Notes: generated from the sequence alone by a model not told the origin. A stretch of 63,131 nucleotides of DNA from Octopus bimaculoides (GCF_001194135.2 NC_068984.1:91935569-91998699); one strand, 5' to 3'; counted from the first letter of the stretch, positions 37,482 to 51,263 are shown. Numbers and translations are program-made.

Positions 37482-37535
37482 GATTGCATCATTTTGACAG
37501 ATGATAGCCGTCCCATCAACACACACCACACCCCA

Positions 37536-37735
37536 TCACACAGCACAATAACTCCATAGAAGAGCCCTCAGATGACTTTTAAGACCAGCTGCTGACTGAC
37601 AGGGTTTAAAACACAAGTGAGAGATATTCAAGTTTCTTCTATATCTTTGCCCTTTGGAATCTGATTCTGAAGGAATGTTTTTGTGAACTACCATATGTCT
37701 TTTAAGTGCAGATATTGTCTTACAAGTTTTGGGGC
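37536..37735 (-). mobile_element. fragment with two C2H2-like zinc fingers, probably a LINE terminal region
   Basis: CPKTCKTISALKRHMVVH and HLCFKPCQSAAGLKSHLRA, adjoining (ACAT)n; first Cys may come from the microsatellite; no splice context. Confidence 0.5.
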
Positions 37736-38027
37736 ATACATACATACATACATACATACATACATACATACATGTATATATGAATGTGTGCGTATGTGTG
37801 TGTACGTGTGACAGAAGTGGGGCGGTATTTAAAGCCGTTAGCAGCACCTGACATTACCCGGGTTCATGCAATCAGAAAAAGTCAAGTGACATTATCCCTT
37901 CGAAAAGCTTAAGCTACCTAGGTGCAAAACAGTGGACGACAACATGGAACATTGATAATCACGTATATACATACGTTTGAATTCCTTTAAGTTTCTGAGA
38001 AATTCTTTGTAAAAAAGATTTATTGTT

Positions 38028-38069
38028 TGTCCGAGAATGTTGTCCGAGAATGTTGTCCGAGAATGTTGC
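38028..38069. repeat. 13-bp tandem repeat (TGTCCGAGAATGT)x3
   Basis: Directly visible. Confidence 0.9.
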
Positions 38070-39956
38070 ATAAATCTTCATAAGATTGTTCAAGTTAACT
38101 TTTTAAAAAATGTGTAAATGAATAAAGGAGTAAATATAATTACTAAAGCAAAAGACCTTACGTTGTGCTCACACCTTTCACGAATATAATAAATACATAT
38201 GCTCTAGAAACAAATACATAACATAAAAAGAAATCAATAGAAATTTGTAAATTACTTCAAATATATTCTATTTCCAATATCTATTGCCGCTGTTGAATGT
38301 ATACAGTATTAGAAGTACCAAAGAATTTATGTATGTGTATGTGAGCATGTGTGTATATGCATGTGTATGTTCATGTGTATGTGTGTGCATGTATACATGA
38401 ATACGTGTATATACGTATATGTGTGTATACGTTACAATACCCATTATCTTGTTATCGGCTTAGACTGTATATCAACGTCTATTTTTTAAAATGAATACAT
38501 TATTTTAATGTACCTGTTCTATAATAACATATAGTTTGACCTGTGTGTGTGTGTGTGGAGGGATGCAGCAATTGCTTATTTTATTCTTTCTGCAGCTTTT
38601 CTGTTTCTGCATTTTTTCTATCTCACTGTTATACTGTCTCTCCTGTGTCACTTTTTGTCTTCTCCTTTGCTTTATCTCTCTAGAATTGTCTGTCTCTCCC
38701 TCTTCTCACTGTGACATCAGCATTAATTCAGCAATCCTAAGTTGTACACACCCACACAGACAATTACAATTATAAAATAGATATCATCTTGCCGAAACGG
38801 ATTAGGTTTTGATTACTGGAAATTAATGATCCTCATACAATGTTTTAAGAAAATTAGGGCAATCAGCTATGAAAAAGGAGAAAATTAACTGGTAACAGCA
38901 GATATAGTACTAATAATTATCTATGAAATAAGACTTCACGCTATTAGTAAAGAACCAAAGGCTGAAATGTTCTCCATTTAGGAGCACTTCTCCCAAATAG
39001 TAACAATATTAGCAATAGTCTCTGTGAGTTCACGGTATGCTAGCAGTAACAGCAATGATGACAACATTAGCAATTGTACAGAAAAGGAGAAAACTTAATA
39101 GAAATGAAAAAAAGTGGAGTCCCCTATTTGCCACAGATGAGGCATCATATTACGAAAATTTTTCTAAACACTAAATCTTATACCATTCATATGACATAGC
39201 GATGTATCAAATTGTTAATGGCTGTTTAATGATGCTGCCGGTGTTATTGTTGTTTTTGTTTAGCTATGACTGAAGAAAACATTCGTACCGTGATCAACCA
39301 ATCGTTTAAAATGTACCTAGGAAGACTGTAGGGTTGGAACTTCAAAGATTTTACGGATATATGCTGATCCATCGACCTCATTGACTCGTCTGTTGAATAT
39401 GGTCTAAAGTCTTCCATAGGAGACTTTCGACTGCTTAATTCGGCAGAAAGCAACTTTGAGCTAATCTTTACAGGATTGACCAAACTACTAGAAATAGCAG
39501 CGAAATTACATCCTTCAGTCTTAAACATTGATGCACATATAATCTGGTCCTGGATGGACACCGCTTAAAAAAAAAAAAAATGAAATGACCAAGGCTTTAA
39601 CGCCTTTGATCATAAGGCTGACTTGGTTTAAATTAACAACAGAATTTTACAGTTGTTCAAAATGGTAAGAGGAGGTGAGAAAAAGAGGCAGCCTTTCTAA
39701 CATATCAAAGAGAAGTAACCTGTCTTGAAAATGACAATTTCACTTATATACATCAACAGAATGAAAGACTCATATTAAGCTAGATAGAATTAGAAGTCTG
39801 CAAGAGAATCATATAACTTTCTTTGGAGAAAATTGAACTTTCCAAATGACATTTAATACATTTGACTACTCTCAGGAATGCGCAGAAATCAAACTCTGTG
39901 CAAATACCAACATTTTTTCCTTACTTTTCTTTTCCTCTTTTTCTTTGGGAAATAGA

Positions 39957-40030
39957 ATTACATTATGTATTTATTACATTATGTATTTATTACATTATGT
40001 ATTTATTACATTATGTATTTATGTATTTAT
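39957..40030. repeat. 16-bp tandem repeat (TACATTATGTATTTAT)x4
   Basis: Directly visible. Confidence 0.9.
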
Positions 40031-40804
40031 ATTGCATTAAAAAAATTGTGGTTGTAAAGTCCAGCAACCTATCAATGTTTTCTGAAACTTTATTCTTATT
40101 CATTCTTTAATACAAATATCTACCTGCAGCGGCTAGAAATTGAAAACAAGTACATGCTATTAGAGAAACGTGTTTTCCGCTCGTGTAGGTGGAAAGTATA
40201 AGGAAGAAAAGAAAGATCAGGATAAGAATGAATTCCTCCTATCAATAGCTTCTTGACTGACACCCATTCAGCTCATAAAAAGTCAACAGTGGGTGGATAG
40301 ACCGACAAAGTAGTTGGCAAAGAGAAGGGGTGGGTGGCAAAACGGCTCTTATCACTAAACATTCACCGACAGACTGACTGATTGTTGAAATTATTGTTGC
40401 TCACTAAAAATTCACAATAAACACAACAACAACAACAACAGCTAAACCTTTCCCACGTTTTAATAAGTAATACAAAGCAAGGTGACGTAGTTTACTATTT
40501 GTATGAGTTAACCTGACAATAAACATCAGTGATACAAAAGTTGTTTTACACATACTAAGTATTAAATTCAACATCTTAAACATAGTAGCAAGAACAGCAG
40601 AAACAGATTCTAGTTTTAGTAGTTTTTCTTTTTTACATATAACTGAAAAACTCCCAAGCTCTGATAGTTGCTCTTTTTTCCTTTTCCTCCACCATATTCG
40701 AAGTCGGAAAATATGGCACAGAAAAGAACACTAATCTATTGTTGGATATTAACATTTGTGTCACTGGTGGTAAGTATCTGTTGTATTAGTTTTAATTAGT
40801 GAGT

Positions 40805-40868
<64 letters not shown>

Positions 40869-42592
40869 NNNNNNNNNNNNNNNNNNNNNNNNNNNNNNNN
40901 NNNNNNNNNNNNNNNNNNNNNNNNNNNNNNNNNNNNNNNNNNNNNNNNNNNNNNNNNNNNNNNNNNNNNNNNNNNNNNNNNNNNNNNNNNNNNNNNNNNN
41001 NNNNNNNNNNNNNNNNNNNNNNNNNNNNNNNNNNNNNNNNNNNNNNNNNNNNNNNNNNNNNNNNNNNNNNNNNNNNNNNNNNNNNNNNNNNNNNNNNNNN
41101 NNNNNNNNNNNNNNNNNNNNNNNNNNNNNNNNNNNNNNNNNNNNNNNNNNNNNNNNNNNNNNNNNNNNNNNNNNNNNNNNNNNNNNNNNNNNNNNNNNNN
41201 NNNNNNNNNNNNNNNNNNNNNNNNNNNNNNNNNNNNNNNNNNNNNNNNNATTCTTTTGATCCTTTTTAGAAAATGCACGTATATCGCATATTTCCATTTT
41301 TGTATATGTTTCATAAAATTTTTGCATACGCTTTATAAAAATTATAATGTTAGCTGTTCATTTCAGCAATTTATGTACAGAGTTCATTTGCTGCATCAAT
41401 TAATGTTGTCATCAATATCATGTTATTGATTCCATATCGCAATTAGTTATAGTTCTTTATAACTCTAAGCTGAATGACCGCGATAGGGAGGTGCCAAGTT
41501 TTCTTTCCTCTACGCTCTCTGTGCAACCCCAACTCGAATCGACTTTGCCACCAATCTGGGTTTCTATAATAAATACCAGTAATATTCTGTGGTAGACTTA
41601 ATCGCTTATAATTTTTCCCGTAAAAATTTGCCCAACATCTAACATCAGACAAAAGAAATCATTATCTATCAATATAAATCGCCTATTTAAAAATAACTTT
41701 TATCAGTTACTTCATCGCGTTCCAACTTATTGCAGTGATGATACAATTGTCGGGACTTCTAATTGAAAATTTTGCGTTTACATGAGTAAATTGAAACCCT
41801 AATATCAAAATATACCATATCCACAGCATATGTAATACTTCTGTCTTCATTCTCCTCCTCTTACTACTACTAGATCCTCTACTACTGTGCGGTACGACCC
41901 ATTAAAATGTGGTACAGGCTAAGTAGGGATAGACAAACTGTCTACGCCGTGAAGTTTCTGATTAAACGCTGTGTTGTTGACAATAATGATTACAACGAAA
42001 AATGATTACATCAGAAATTTGATAACGATGACGACGATGATGATGATGATGTGTAAAACTTCCTGACGGCTAAAAATAGAACGTATTAACGAATGTCAGA
42101 AATCAAATGTTTCATTTAGGTATGTATCTGTTTGTGTGTATGCGTTTTGCATGTGAATATATATACATATATTTAGATATATGTATGTATGTATGTATGT
42201 ATGTACACGTATGTACGTATATATATATATATACATGTATGTATGTATACATACACACATACATACATGTATGTGTGTATGTGTGTGTGTGTGAATATAT
42301 GTATTCACATATACACAAAGAGCATATACCAATATTCACATAGGGGCACAAAAATGTGCGTGTGTGTGTGTGTATATATATATACACATACACAGATAAA
42401 TACATATATAATAAATATACATATGCATACGTACACATACACAGAGACACACTGCTCACACATACATACACACAATATTAGATGAGACATTTAAGTATAG
42501 GCCCTCCCACGGGACTCAATAGCTATATCTATCGCATTCCAGGCGACCACATTTGCAGTTTATATGTATGTGTATATGTACACACACATTCG

Positions 42593-42625
<33 letters not shown>

Positions 42626-43350
42626 GTGCATGGAGTTGGTATTTTTTGATAAATCAGGACAGGAAATGAATATTATCTGGAAAAAAAATGACTAACAAAC
42701 TAAAGTATAAACATTTTATTAGAAATATATGCTTATGTGTTTCCCTCTAATTTACATTTGCAAATACGCGCACCCGCTCGCTTGTACAAACACAAACACA
42801 CATACACACACTAGTGCATACCGATAATGTCCTCGAGCAGGCCACTCACCTTCTTATTGCACCGGTCTATTCAACTTGATAGACGCATAAAATATACTCA
42901 CAGAAATAGGTAAATTTTTGATAATTTTCTGTATATATGTGTATACAACTATTTATATGCATACGGAAAATTTAGGTAGAATATGTACGTTAATGCAGAT
43001 TGTACATGTGAGGAACCGCATATTATGAGTGCATTCCATTTTATAGCAGAATCAGCTGTAAGTTAATGAACTTCATTACATAATANNNNNNNNNNNNNNN
43101 NNNNNNNNNNNNNNNNNNNNNNNNNNNNNNNNNNNNNNNNNNNNNNNNNNNNNNNNNNNNNNNNNNNNNNNNNNNNNNNNNNNNNNNNNNNNNNNNNNNN
43201 NNNNNNNNNNNNNNNNNNNNNNNNNNNNNNNNNNNNNNNNNNNNNNNNNNNNNNNNNNNNNNNNNNNNNNNNNNNNNNNNNNNNNNNNNNNNNNNNNNNN
43301 NNNNNNNNNNNNNNNNNNNNNNNNNNNNNNNNNNNNNNNNNNNNNNATAA

Positions 43351-43626
43351 TTTTATAAAAAACATATCAGTACCGGTTTCAGCCATTGGAAAACAATTAA
43401 ATTTTGGAAAAATTGAAAGAAAAGTTTTTTAAAACAATATTTGCATAGTATTCAAATACAAGGGGTATTTTCCTTGTTTCTACCTATTTCTGTCTCTCGA
43501 ACCCACAAGAGTATTTGAATACTATGCAAATATTCTTTTAATTTTTCCAAAATTTAATTGTTTTCCATACTTACGGTTGAAAAAGTCTCAATGACTGAAA
43601 CCAGTACTGAAATGCTTTTTATAAAA
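43351..43626. repeat. long nested inverted repeat (foldback/MITE-like)
   Basis: Outer arms 43351-43388 / 43589-43626; inner arms 43388-43460 / 43510-43567. Confidence 0.85.
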
Positions 43627-43740
43627 TCATTTTAGCATTTTCTACCTTGACTTTTTTTTCCATATATATCAACTCGTGTGTTCCTTTTCAACCTTCCACA
43701 CACGCACACACGCACATACACATATATATACATATATACA

Positions 43741-44638
43741 CGAGGGGGTACCCAAAAGAAACCGTATTTTGCAATATTATTTTATTCTCTTAGTTTTACA
43801 TTTACACTTTTATCGCCTTCAAAGTATTCTCCATTTGAAGCAATGCATCGGTCTAGGCGCGTTTTCCACTATTTGAAGCAGTGCTGGATCTTTTGCGGAG
43901 TGATTCTCTTAACGCCTCCATCGTTTTTTTCTTCACCTCTTTCACATCTGCAAATTCCATAGCATCAGCTTTCGTCACCAGGGATGACCTTCGAAAAATG
44001 ATCCGGATCAATTTCCAGCTGTTCTTTCAGTTCGTGACATGCATTCAGTCGTGACTGCTTTAGATATTCCGTAAGCAATCCAAGCACAAATTTTGCTGCA
44101 TCTCTTTTCATTCGCAATTCCTCGCTCAGAATTCGTTGGAAGGAGTTTCAAGAAACGCCAGTCATATCAACAAGTTCGTCAGTTGTTCAGTGACGGTGCT
44201 CCAATATCAGTTCATGAATTTTCATGTTTTCATTCGTTCAGGAGATCAACGGTCGACCTGAATAAAATTGGTCTTGAAGCGACAAGTGACCATTCCTAAA
44301 GCGTGGAAACCACTCGTAAGATTGTATTTTGTTCATGGCAGCGTCCTTGTAAGCTGTTTGAAGCATGACAACTGTTTCGGCCGCCGTTTTCTCAGCAGAA
44401 AACGGAATTTCACGAAAGCACACTGTTCTTTCGTTTCACCCATCGTAAAAATCGACGAACAGGGAAGAAGCACTGCAAAACAAAGACGCACCATGTGGCA
44501 GTAGGACGCAACGTGAAGACGCCGGTTGGCAGACTGATGGTTGAGGGTCGCATCAAGTGGCTTCTTGCGGCGAAAGTCTGAACTACAAAGAGTTTGTCCC
44601 ACAGAGAACATTTCTGGTTACTTTTGGGTACCTCCTCG
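43741..44638 (-). mobile_element. mariner element, internally deleted
   Basis: TIRs CGAGGGGGTACCCAAAAG / CTTTTGGGTACCTCCTCG; minus strand MGETKEQCAFVKF..., KTAAETVVMLQTAYKDAAMNKIQSYEWFPRFRNG...SGRP. Confidence 0.9.
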
Positions 44639-44646
44639 TATATATA

Positions 44647-45265
44647 CAGGGTGCGATGGGTAAACTGTCACCATTTTTATTTCGCGCATGCTCATTGTTT
44701 GTTTTGATTTTGTCGACTACACAGTATAGTAGGCACAGTCTGCTAGAAAAACAGCACCGTGATGCAATTCACTCTGCCAGAAATTTGGAAACGACAAGCT
44801 GTACTGCTTGGCATTTGCACCGGAAGCTCTAATACGAACATTTCATAGTGTTTGGGTGTCAATCTGAGGAGAGTGCAGAGGATTCGAAAAGAGTTGGATG
44901 GGTCTAATGGTGATTACGAAGGTACGGCAGCTCGGAAAACTCACTCTGATCGTCCTGATAAAAAAAAAACTCATGAATTTGTTGGTGAGATCCAGGCCAT
45001 GATTGACAACGATCCCTCCAAGTCAAACAGGTCCATCGCCAGGGACATGGGAATGTCTGAGTTTCTTATCAAGCATGAAGACATTCGGTATTCCTCATGC
45101 AAGATGAGAAAGGGCCAATTTTTATCTCAAGCCATCAAGGAGAGGAGAGAAGACCACCCTACGAAGTCTTTGAACAAAATCAAGCATCTCCTCCAAACCA
45201 ACATACTTTGGTTTTTCTTAGACGAGAAAGATTTCTGCCAGGATCAGGTGGTGAACATACAGAAC
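44647..45265 (+). mobile_element. DD37D/maT-type transposon 5' half
   Basis: TA|CAGGGTGCGATGGGTAAACTGTCACC start; ...QAMIDNDPSKSNRSIARDMGMSE...KMRKGQFLS...WFFLDEKDFCQDQVVNIQN, truncated after the first catalytic Asp. Confidence 0.8.
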
Positions 45266-45267
45266 AT

Positions 45268-45320
45268 GTACCGAGAGTGGTACATGTTCCGAGTGGTACA
45301 TGTTCCGAGTGGTACATGTT
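45268..45320. repeat. 16-bp tandem repeat (GAGTGGTACATGTTCC)x3 at the transposon breakpoint
   Basis: Directly visible. Confidence 0.85.
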
Positions 45321-45782
45321 CAGATAGTGACAGTGGAGACATACAAGGAAGCCGAACGAAAACAAACATAGAGGCTCTTTTGAAAAAAATATTTCTCACA
45401 GCGTTCAATATTTTCCTCTCGTTCTGTTCTAACGATCCTCCATGTTTGTTTTCGTTCGGTTTCCTTGTATGTCTTCACTGTCATGTTTTTGTTCCCAATT
45501 TTGACCTTCCATAAATCCTAAATTTTATTTTAGAATTCATGGGAGCAACTGTCATTGAATACTCAAAATGGGGAGTAGATAGACAGCCGACAACTGATGA
45601 AGGGTCCATTCTCTGTGTTTACTTGACCTGTTCTTCATTTTTTGTTTATGTTTTTCTTGCTGTTTGAACCGTCGGTGACGTCCTGTACCCATATATGCAT
45701 GTGTGTGTGTGTGTGTGTATTATATATTATTTAATTGAACACCACGCATCCATTTCCAAGTAAGTTTATATATATATATATA

Positions 45783-45940
45783 CAAGCGCAAACGTGGCTG
45801 TGTAATAAAACGTTTGCTTCTCAGCACATGGTTCCGGGTTCCGTCCTGCTGTGTAGCACCTTGGACAGGTGTCTTCTACTATAACCTTGGGCCGATCAAA
45901 GCCTTATGGGTGGATTTGGTTGATGGAAACTGAAAGAAGC
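45783..45940 (+). mobile_element. CORE-type SINE, family C
   Basis: gcgcaaacgtggctgtg...ggttccgggttc...gcaccttggacaggtgtcttctactata...gaaactgaaagaagccc. Confidence 0.8.
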
Positions 45941-47164
45941 CCATCATATGTTTCGTTTTCCTGTCTTGTTTTTCGTCCGCCACTACCCTCCACGAAAACA
46001 ATTTAATTTGTGTTCGTGGGAAGAACCATTTTAACGATGCGTACTGCCTTAATTCTTCGAAACGCCGGAGTTTTAATGGTGGCAGCTGATGAAGAGGATG
46101 TTTCTGTGTGGCCTGTTCGTTTGTTGCACCTTGTTTACCATTTTTGTCCTTGTTCTTTTGCCACGTCATGTACCCAGTTATGTATCTATATGTATATGTA
46201 TATGTGGATGAACGTATATACATACATGTACATATATAGGCATATACTCATATATTGTTTGTATCACGACAGAACGCACGCGTTACCTTTATACAGTAAG
46301 TTTTTTAACTATTTTTCTAACGCGACTCTCTCTATTTCTATCTCCCCCTCTCATTCTTCCCTCTACTGTTCTTCGCCTCTACCTNNNNNNNNNNNNNNNN
46401 NNNNNNNNNNNNNNNNNNNNNNNNNNNNNNNNNNNNNNNNNNNNNNNNNNNNNNNNNNNNNNNNNNNNNNNNNNNNNNNNNNNNNNNNNNNNNNNNNNNN
46501 NNNNNNNNNNNNNNNNNNNNNNNNNNNNNNNNNNNNNNNNNNNNNNNNNNNNNNNNNNNNNNNNNNNNNNNNNNNNNNNNNNNNNNNNNNNNNNNNNNNN
46601 NNNNNNNNNNNNNNNNNNNNNNNNNNNNNNNNNNNNNNNNNNNNNNNNNNNNNNNNNNNNNNNNNNNNNNNNNNNNNNNNNNNNNNNNNNNNNNNNNNNN
46701 NNNNNNNNNNNNNNNNNNNNNNNNNNNNNNNNNNNNNNNNNNNNNNNNNNNNNNNNNNNNNNNNNNNNNNNNNNNNNNNNNNNNNNNNNNNNNNNNNNNN
46801 NNNNNNNNNNNNNNNNNNNNNNNNNNNNNNNNNNNNNNNNNNNNNNNNNNNNNNNNNNNNNNNNNNNNNNNNNNNNNNNNNNNNNNNNNNNNNNNNNNNN
46901 NNNNNNNNNNNNNNNNNNNNNNNNNNNNNNNNNNNNNNNNNNNNNNNNNNNNNNNNNNNNNNNNNNNNNNNNNNNNNNNNNNNNNNNNNNNNNNNNNNNN
47001 NNNNNNNNNNNNNNNNNNNNNNNNNNNNNNNNNNNNNNNNNNNNNNNNNNNNNNNNNNNNNNNNNNNNNNNNNNNNNNNNNNNNNNNNNNNNNNNNNNNN
47101 NNNNNNNNNNNNNNNNNNNNNNNNNNNNNNNNNNNNNNNNNNNNNNNNNNNNNNNNNNNNNNNN

Positions 47165-47220
<56 letters not shown>

Positions 47221-47269
47221 CGTGTATGTTTGTGCTGTGTTTGCACGTATACTAAATACTGATTTCAAA

Positions 47270-47475
47270 TTTTGGCACAAGGTCGGCAATTTCGGGAAGG
47301 GTTAAAGTCGATTACATCGAACCTAGTACTCAACAGGTACTTACTTTATCAACCTCGAAAGGATGAAAGGCAAAGTCGACCTCGACGGAATTTGAGCTCA
47401 GAACGTAAAGACGGACGAAATGCCGCTAAGAATTTTGCCCGGCGTGCTAACGATGCTGCCAGCTCTCCGCCTTAG
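47270..47475 (-). mobile_element. SINE family A
   Basis: Close to consensus: aaaggatgaaaggcaaagtcgacctcg...cagaacgtaaagacggacgaaatgccgctaag...gccagctctccgcc. Confidence 0.9.
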
Positions 47476-47899
47476 GTGTCTACTAAATTTTTGATAAACG
47501 TGTTCAATACACCATTCTTAGAAAATCTAAGATAATCTCTTCGTATATAAAATCATAAGAGAGATTCTCCTGACAGGACATGTGGTGCATTAGAGACCGA
47601 GTACCCTCTCATCTTTCTGTCTGCGGAGCGAATTGATAGAAAAAAAAACGAATGAAATTAAATCAACAAACCATAACCTGGCTATAATAGCTAGACTGAT
47701 TTGGATATTGCGCGCTAGTTAATGGCATGATTAAATGATAAATAAACACAGCTTTTATTAGGAAAGCTAAGATAGTTTAGCTACTTCACTTTTCTTTATA
47801 TGAAAAGAATAGCTAGATATTTTCATATCTCTTTAAAGTTCCGCCGTAAAAGGCATTAAAAACCGCTGCTTAACTACTTGAAATTTATGTTTTAATTAT

Positions 47900-48670
47900 T
47901 TCAAATTTATCTTGGCTTAAGGAAGTTACACTGAGGATTGCAGTAGCTTACATGAAATTTTCGATATCAGCTGTTGTAACTTTCTGAAGCGTTTACATCT
48001 TAGGGCCAAAGTGTTTCCCTTTTCTATGAGAAAAACTGACAGTATATTTTTAAATGCCATGTACGCTTTTGACTTAATAGGATCGGTTATACCTCGAACA
48101 AAAAGAGCATGACCAAATATCTCCAGACGAAAAAAGTGCAGCTCCTGCAGTCAAGGAAACTCTAGTTAACTATAAAAATAAACAAAGCTTTAAAAGCATT
48201 TTCAAAGATCTCCCAAAATTAAGTGAAGCTCTCAAATAAATTATCCAAGAAACACGATCACCACTGAATGAAGCAAGAATCTCAGAGAAAACATATCTCG
48301 ACGGTTGTAAGCCTTGTTTAGTGAACCAGCAACGGAAGTCCCACAAGACCAACCTACCAAAGACTGCCCATCACATGTATATCAGTTATGTTAACTTGAT
48401 TGAAATCATAATGAAATGGAATCGTGATTTAATGGTAATGACCAAGACATACTGTTAGATGTTTGTTGCATCTCATTGTAATGTTTATCTGGTTCTCCTA
48501 TAGGTAGAAAACAGAAGTTCTTCACGGGCCATGCCCAATTGCGGCTGATGTTACTAAAACTATTTACAACTATTCATGGCATAATGCTAGTCTCCAGAGA
48601 AATTGATTGTAACTTCTACTAAATCCTGCTCTGGTGAGAGCTCTTTCAGTAGCCTAAAGTGAATGGGGAC
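47900..48670 (+). mobile_element. hAT transposase C-terminal remnant
   Basis: MTKYLQTKKVQLL (~48107) and KSCSGESSFSSLK (~48620-48658), matching the hAT dimerisation motif S..ERSFS.LK. Confidence 0.6.
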
Positions 48671-48885
48671 ATGCCTAAATTAATTTTGTCAAAAATATTA
48701 ACAAAATAATTAACATTTTTTCTGCAAAGGAAGCTAAACAGCAATATTGCAAAAGACGCAGAACAGTTAGATTTTACCATGTTTTTTGTCGATTGATGGA
48801 TAGATGCTTTATTAGAAAACGGCATTTGTATTTTTATTTAAGCAAAATTTCGAGTAAATCCGACCTCTGGTGCCTTAAGCTTAAC

Positions 48886-48929
<44 letters not shown>

Positions 48930-49636
48930 GACACTCATGCATATATATATAGATTTATACGTATATATATCTATATGTACACATGAACATTTGTAACAGT
49001 TTACTATGATGTTATCACTCTAGTCTTTGGACATGGTACCTTCCTAAATTACTTGATTGATTTATACGCTTGTATAAATGTGCGTGTGTGCATATATATN
49101 NNNNNNNNNNNNNNNNNNNNNNNNNNNNNNNNNNNNNNNNNNNNNNNNNNNNNNNNNNNNNNNNNNNNNNNNNNNNNNNNNNNNNNNNNNNNNNNNNNNN
49201 NNNNNNNNNNNNNNNNNNNNNNNNNNNNNNNNNNNNNNNNNNNNNNNNNNNNNNNNNNNNNNNNNNNNNNNNNNNNNNNNNNNNNNNNNNNNNNNNNNNN
49301 NNNNNNNNNNNNNNNNNNNNNNNNNNNNNNNNNNNNNNNNNNNNNNNNNNNNNNNNNNNNNNNNNNNNNNNNNNNNNNNNNNNNNNNNNNNNNNNNNNNN
49401 NNNNNNNNNNNNNNNNNNNNNNNNNNNNNNNNNNNNNNNNNNNNNNNNNNNNNNNNNNNNNNNNNNNNNNNNNNNNNNNNNNNNNNNNNNNNNNNNNNNN
49501 NNNNNNNNNNNNNNNNNNNNNNNNNNNNNNNNNNNNNNNNNNNNNNNNNNNNNNNNNNNNNNNNNNNNNNNNNNNNNNNNNNNNNNNNNNNNNNNNNNNN
49601 NNNNNNNNNNNNNNNNNNNNNNNNNNNNNNNNNNNN

Positions 49637-49827
49637 ATATAATGAAATGAAATATTAAAATATGTAATATGCACATATGAAAATAACAATAAAATAAGTA
49701 AACGTAAATAATAATTTATTAATAAAAATTAATAAAAATAAAAATTATAACAATATTCAGACTATGGTAAGTTAAACAGACATAAGTAAAATAATAAAAA
49801 TAATAATAATAGGTAATAAATATCATA

Positions 49828-49896
<69 letters not shown>

Positions 49897-50160
49897 AGGT
49901 AATAAATATTATAGAATAATATAAGTAATAATAAGCGGTAATAAATATCATAAAATAAATAAAAATTAATTTAAAAATAAATGAAATAAAATGAAAATAA
50001 AAATGAAATGAAAAATATATAATATAAATAGAAATATATGTGGGTAAGATAAAAAATAATAAATATAAAAGTAAAAATAAGAATAAAAATAAAATTAAAA
50101 ATGAAATAGAAATGAAATAAAGTAAAGATTCAAATTCAAATAAAGGGTTTTTATTTTTGT
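49637..50160. repeat. extremely AT-rich low-complexity tract including (AAT)n
   Basis: Directly visible. Confidence 0.9.
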
Positions 50161-51191
50161 GTGTATATTTGAATAGTGTTATTTGGTTTGAAATAGCACA
50201 ATAGTTAACCAATGTTTAGAATTCCATGTTATTCCTTGTACACTCACATTTCAATCAAATATTGAACGTTCTTCGACTTTAGTTTGGTATCATATATGCT
50301 TGAAAAATTCATAGAGCGTACATTCGATATCAAAAGAAAACGGGAGCGTTTGTGTAAGTGTTTTTATTAATCGTATGCGTGTTTCAGTAGCAAATTCTGT
50401 AGTGTGCGATAATTGTTACGTGAGCGATTACATAATAGGGGTAGAAATGCCAGATTTTCAAAAAACTCATGTAATTAATTTATGTATTGTATAACAACAT
50501 AAGTTGGTTGACAGTGAAAATACGACTGTATGCAATCTTCACAGAAAATTCTTTCTATAGCAATTAAGAAAAGAAATGTGTAGTTTTACATTATTAATGA
50601 AATAAAAAAGGAAAAGTAGTCTTTATATCTCAGAGTAAAAGAAAGTCAACTATTCAAACTATTATAGTTCAAAGAGATCACTAAGTTAACCATGGGAAAT
50701 GGTTTTGAAGGTGGGTGTTGTAAGATACGGTGGTATATTAATTAGGGAAAACAGGTTGAACATATACATACACTTACGCATACACGCTCGAGCACGCACT
50801 CACAGAGAAGCACACATATACGCACAAACATAATATTTTATCTATCAACATCCTTCCGTATGTATATATACATTTACATACGTATAATCATACACATATA
50901 CGAAAGGCCGTATAAGTTCAAATACACACACACACACAAACACACACACGCGCACGCACGCACGCACACATACGCGCGCGCACGTATATTTACATGGACA
51001 GTTGATATTTATCTTCACATACTCTACAAGTATACACACGCAATCCCGATTCTAAACAAGAAATCAAGCTGCAAGTTTCTCGATGGTTATCGAGTCAGGT
51101 TGGAAAATGAAATTAAAAAACTTAGTCATTTGGTTTTAAGATATGACAAGTATTCTTGTTCATATATCAGTCTAGTTCGTGAGATTAAATT

Positions 51192-51263
<72 letters not shown>

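Noticed and set aside
38028-45320. Short tandem repeats as CRISPR-like arrays
   Set aside because: No spacers, only 3-4 adjacent units, eukaryotic context, no cas genes.
46050-46105. Type II hammerhead-like arrangement (cttcGAAAC...CTGATGAag)
   Set aside because: Stem I does not pair and the cleavage triplet would be GUU; at best a very decayed relic.
1082-49689. Long ORFs spanning N-gaps or microsatellites (e.g. 13591-14589, 16886-17860, 46010-47305)
   Set aside because: They are open only because Ns and simple repeats lack stop codons.
50296-50359. Possible first coding exon MLEKFIERTFDIKRKRERL|gtaagt
   Set aside because: Only a good donor site; no homology, signal peptide or partner exon.
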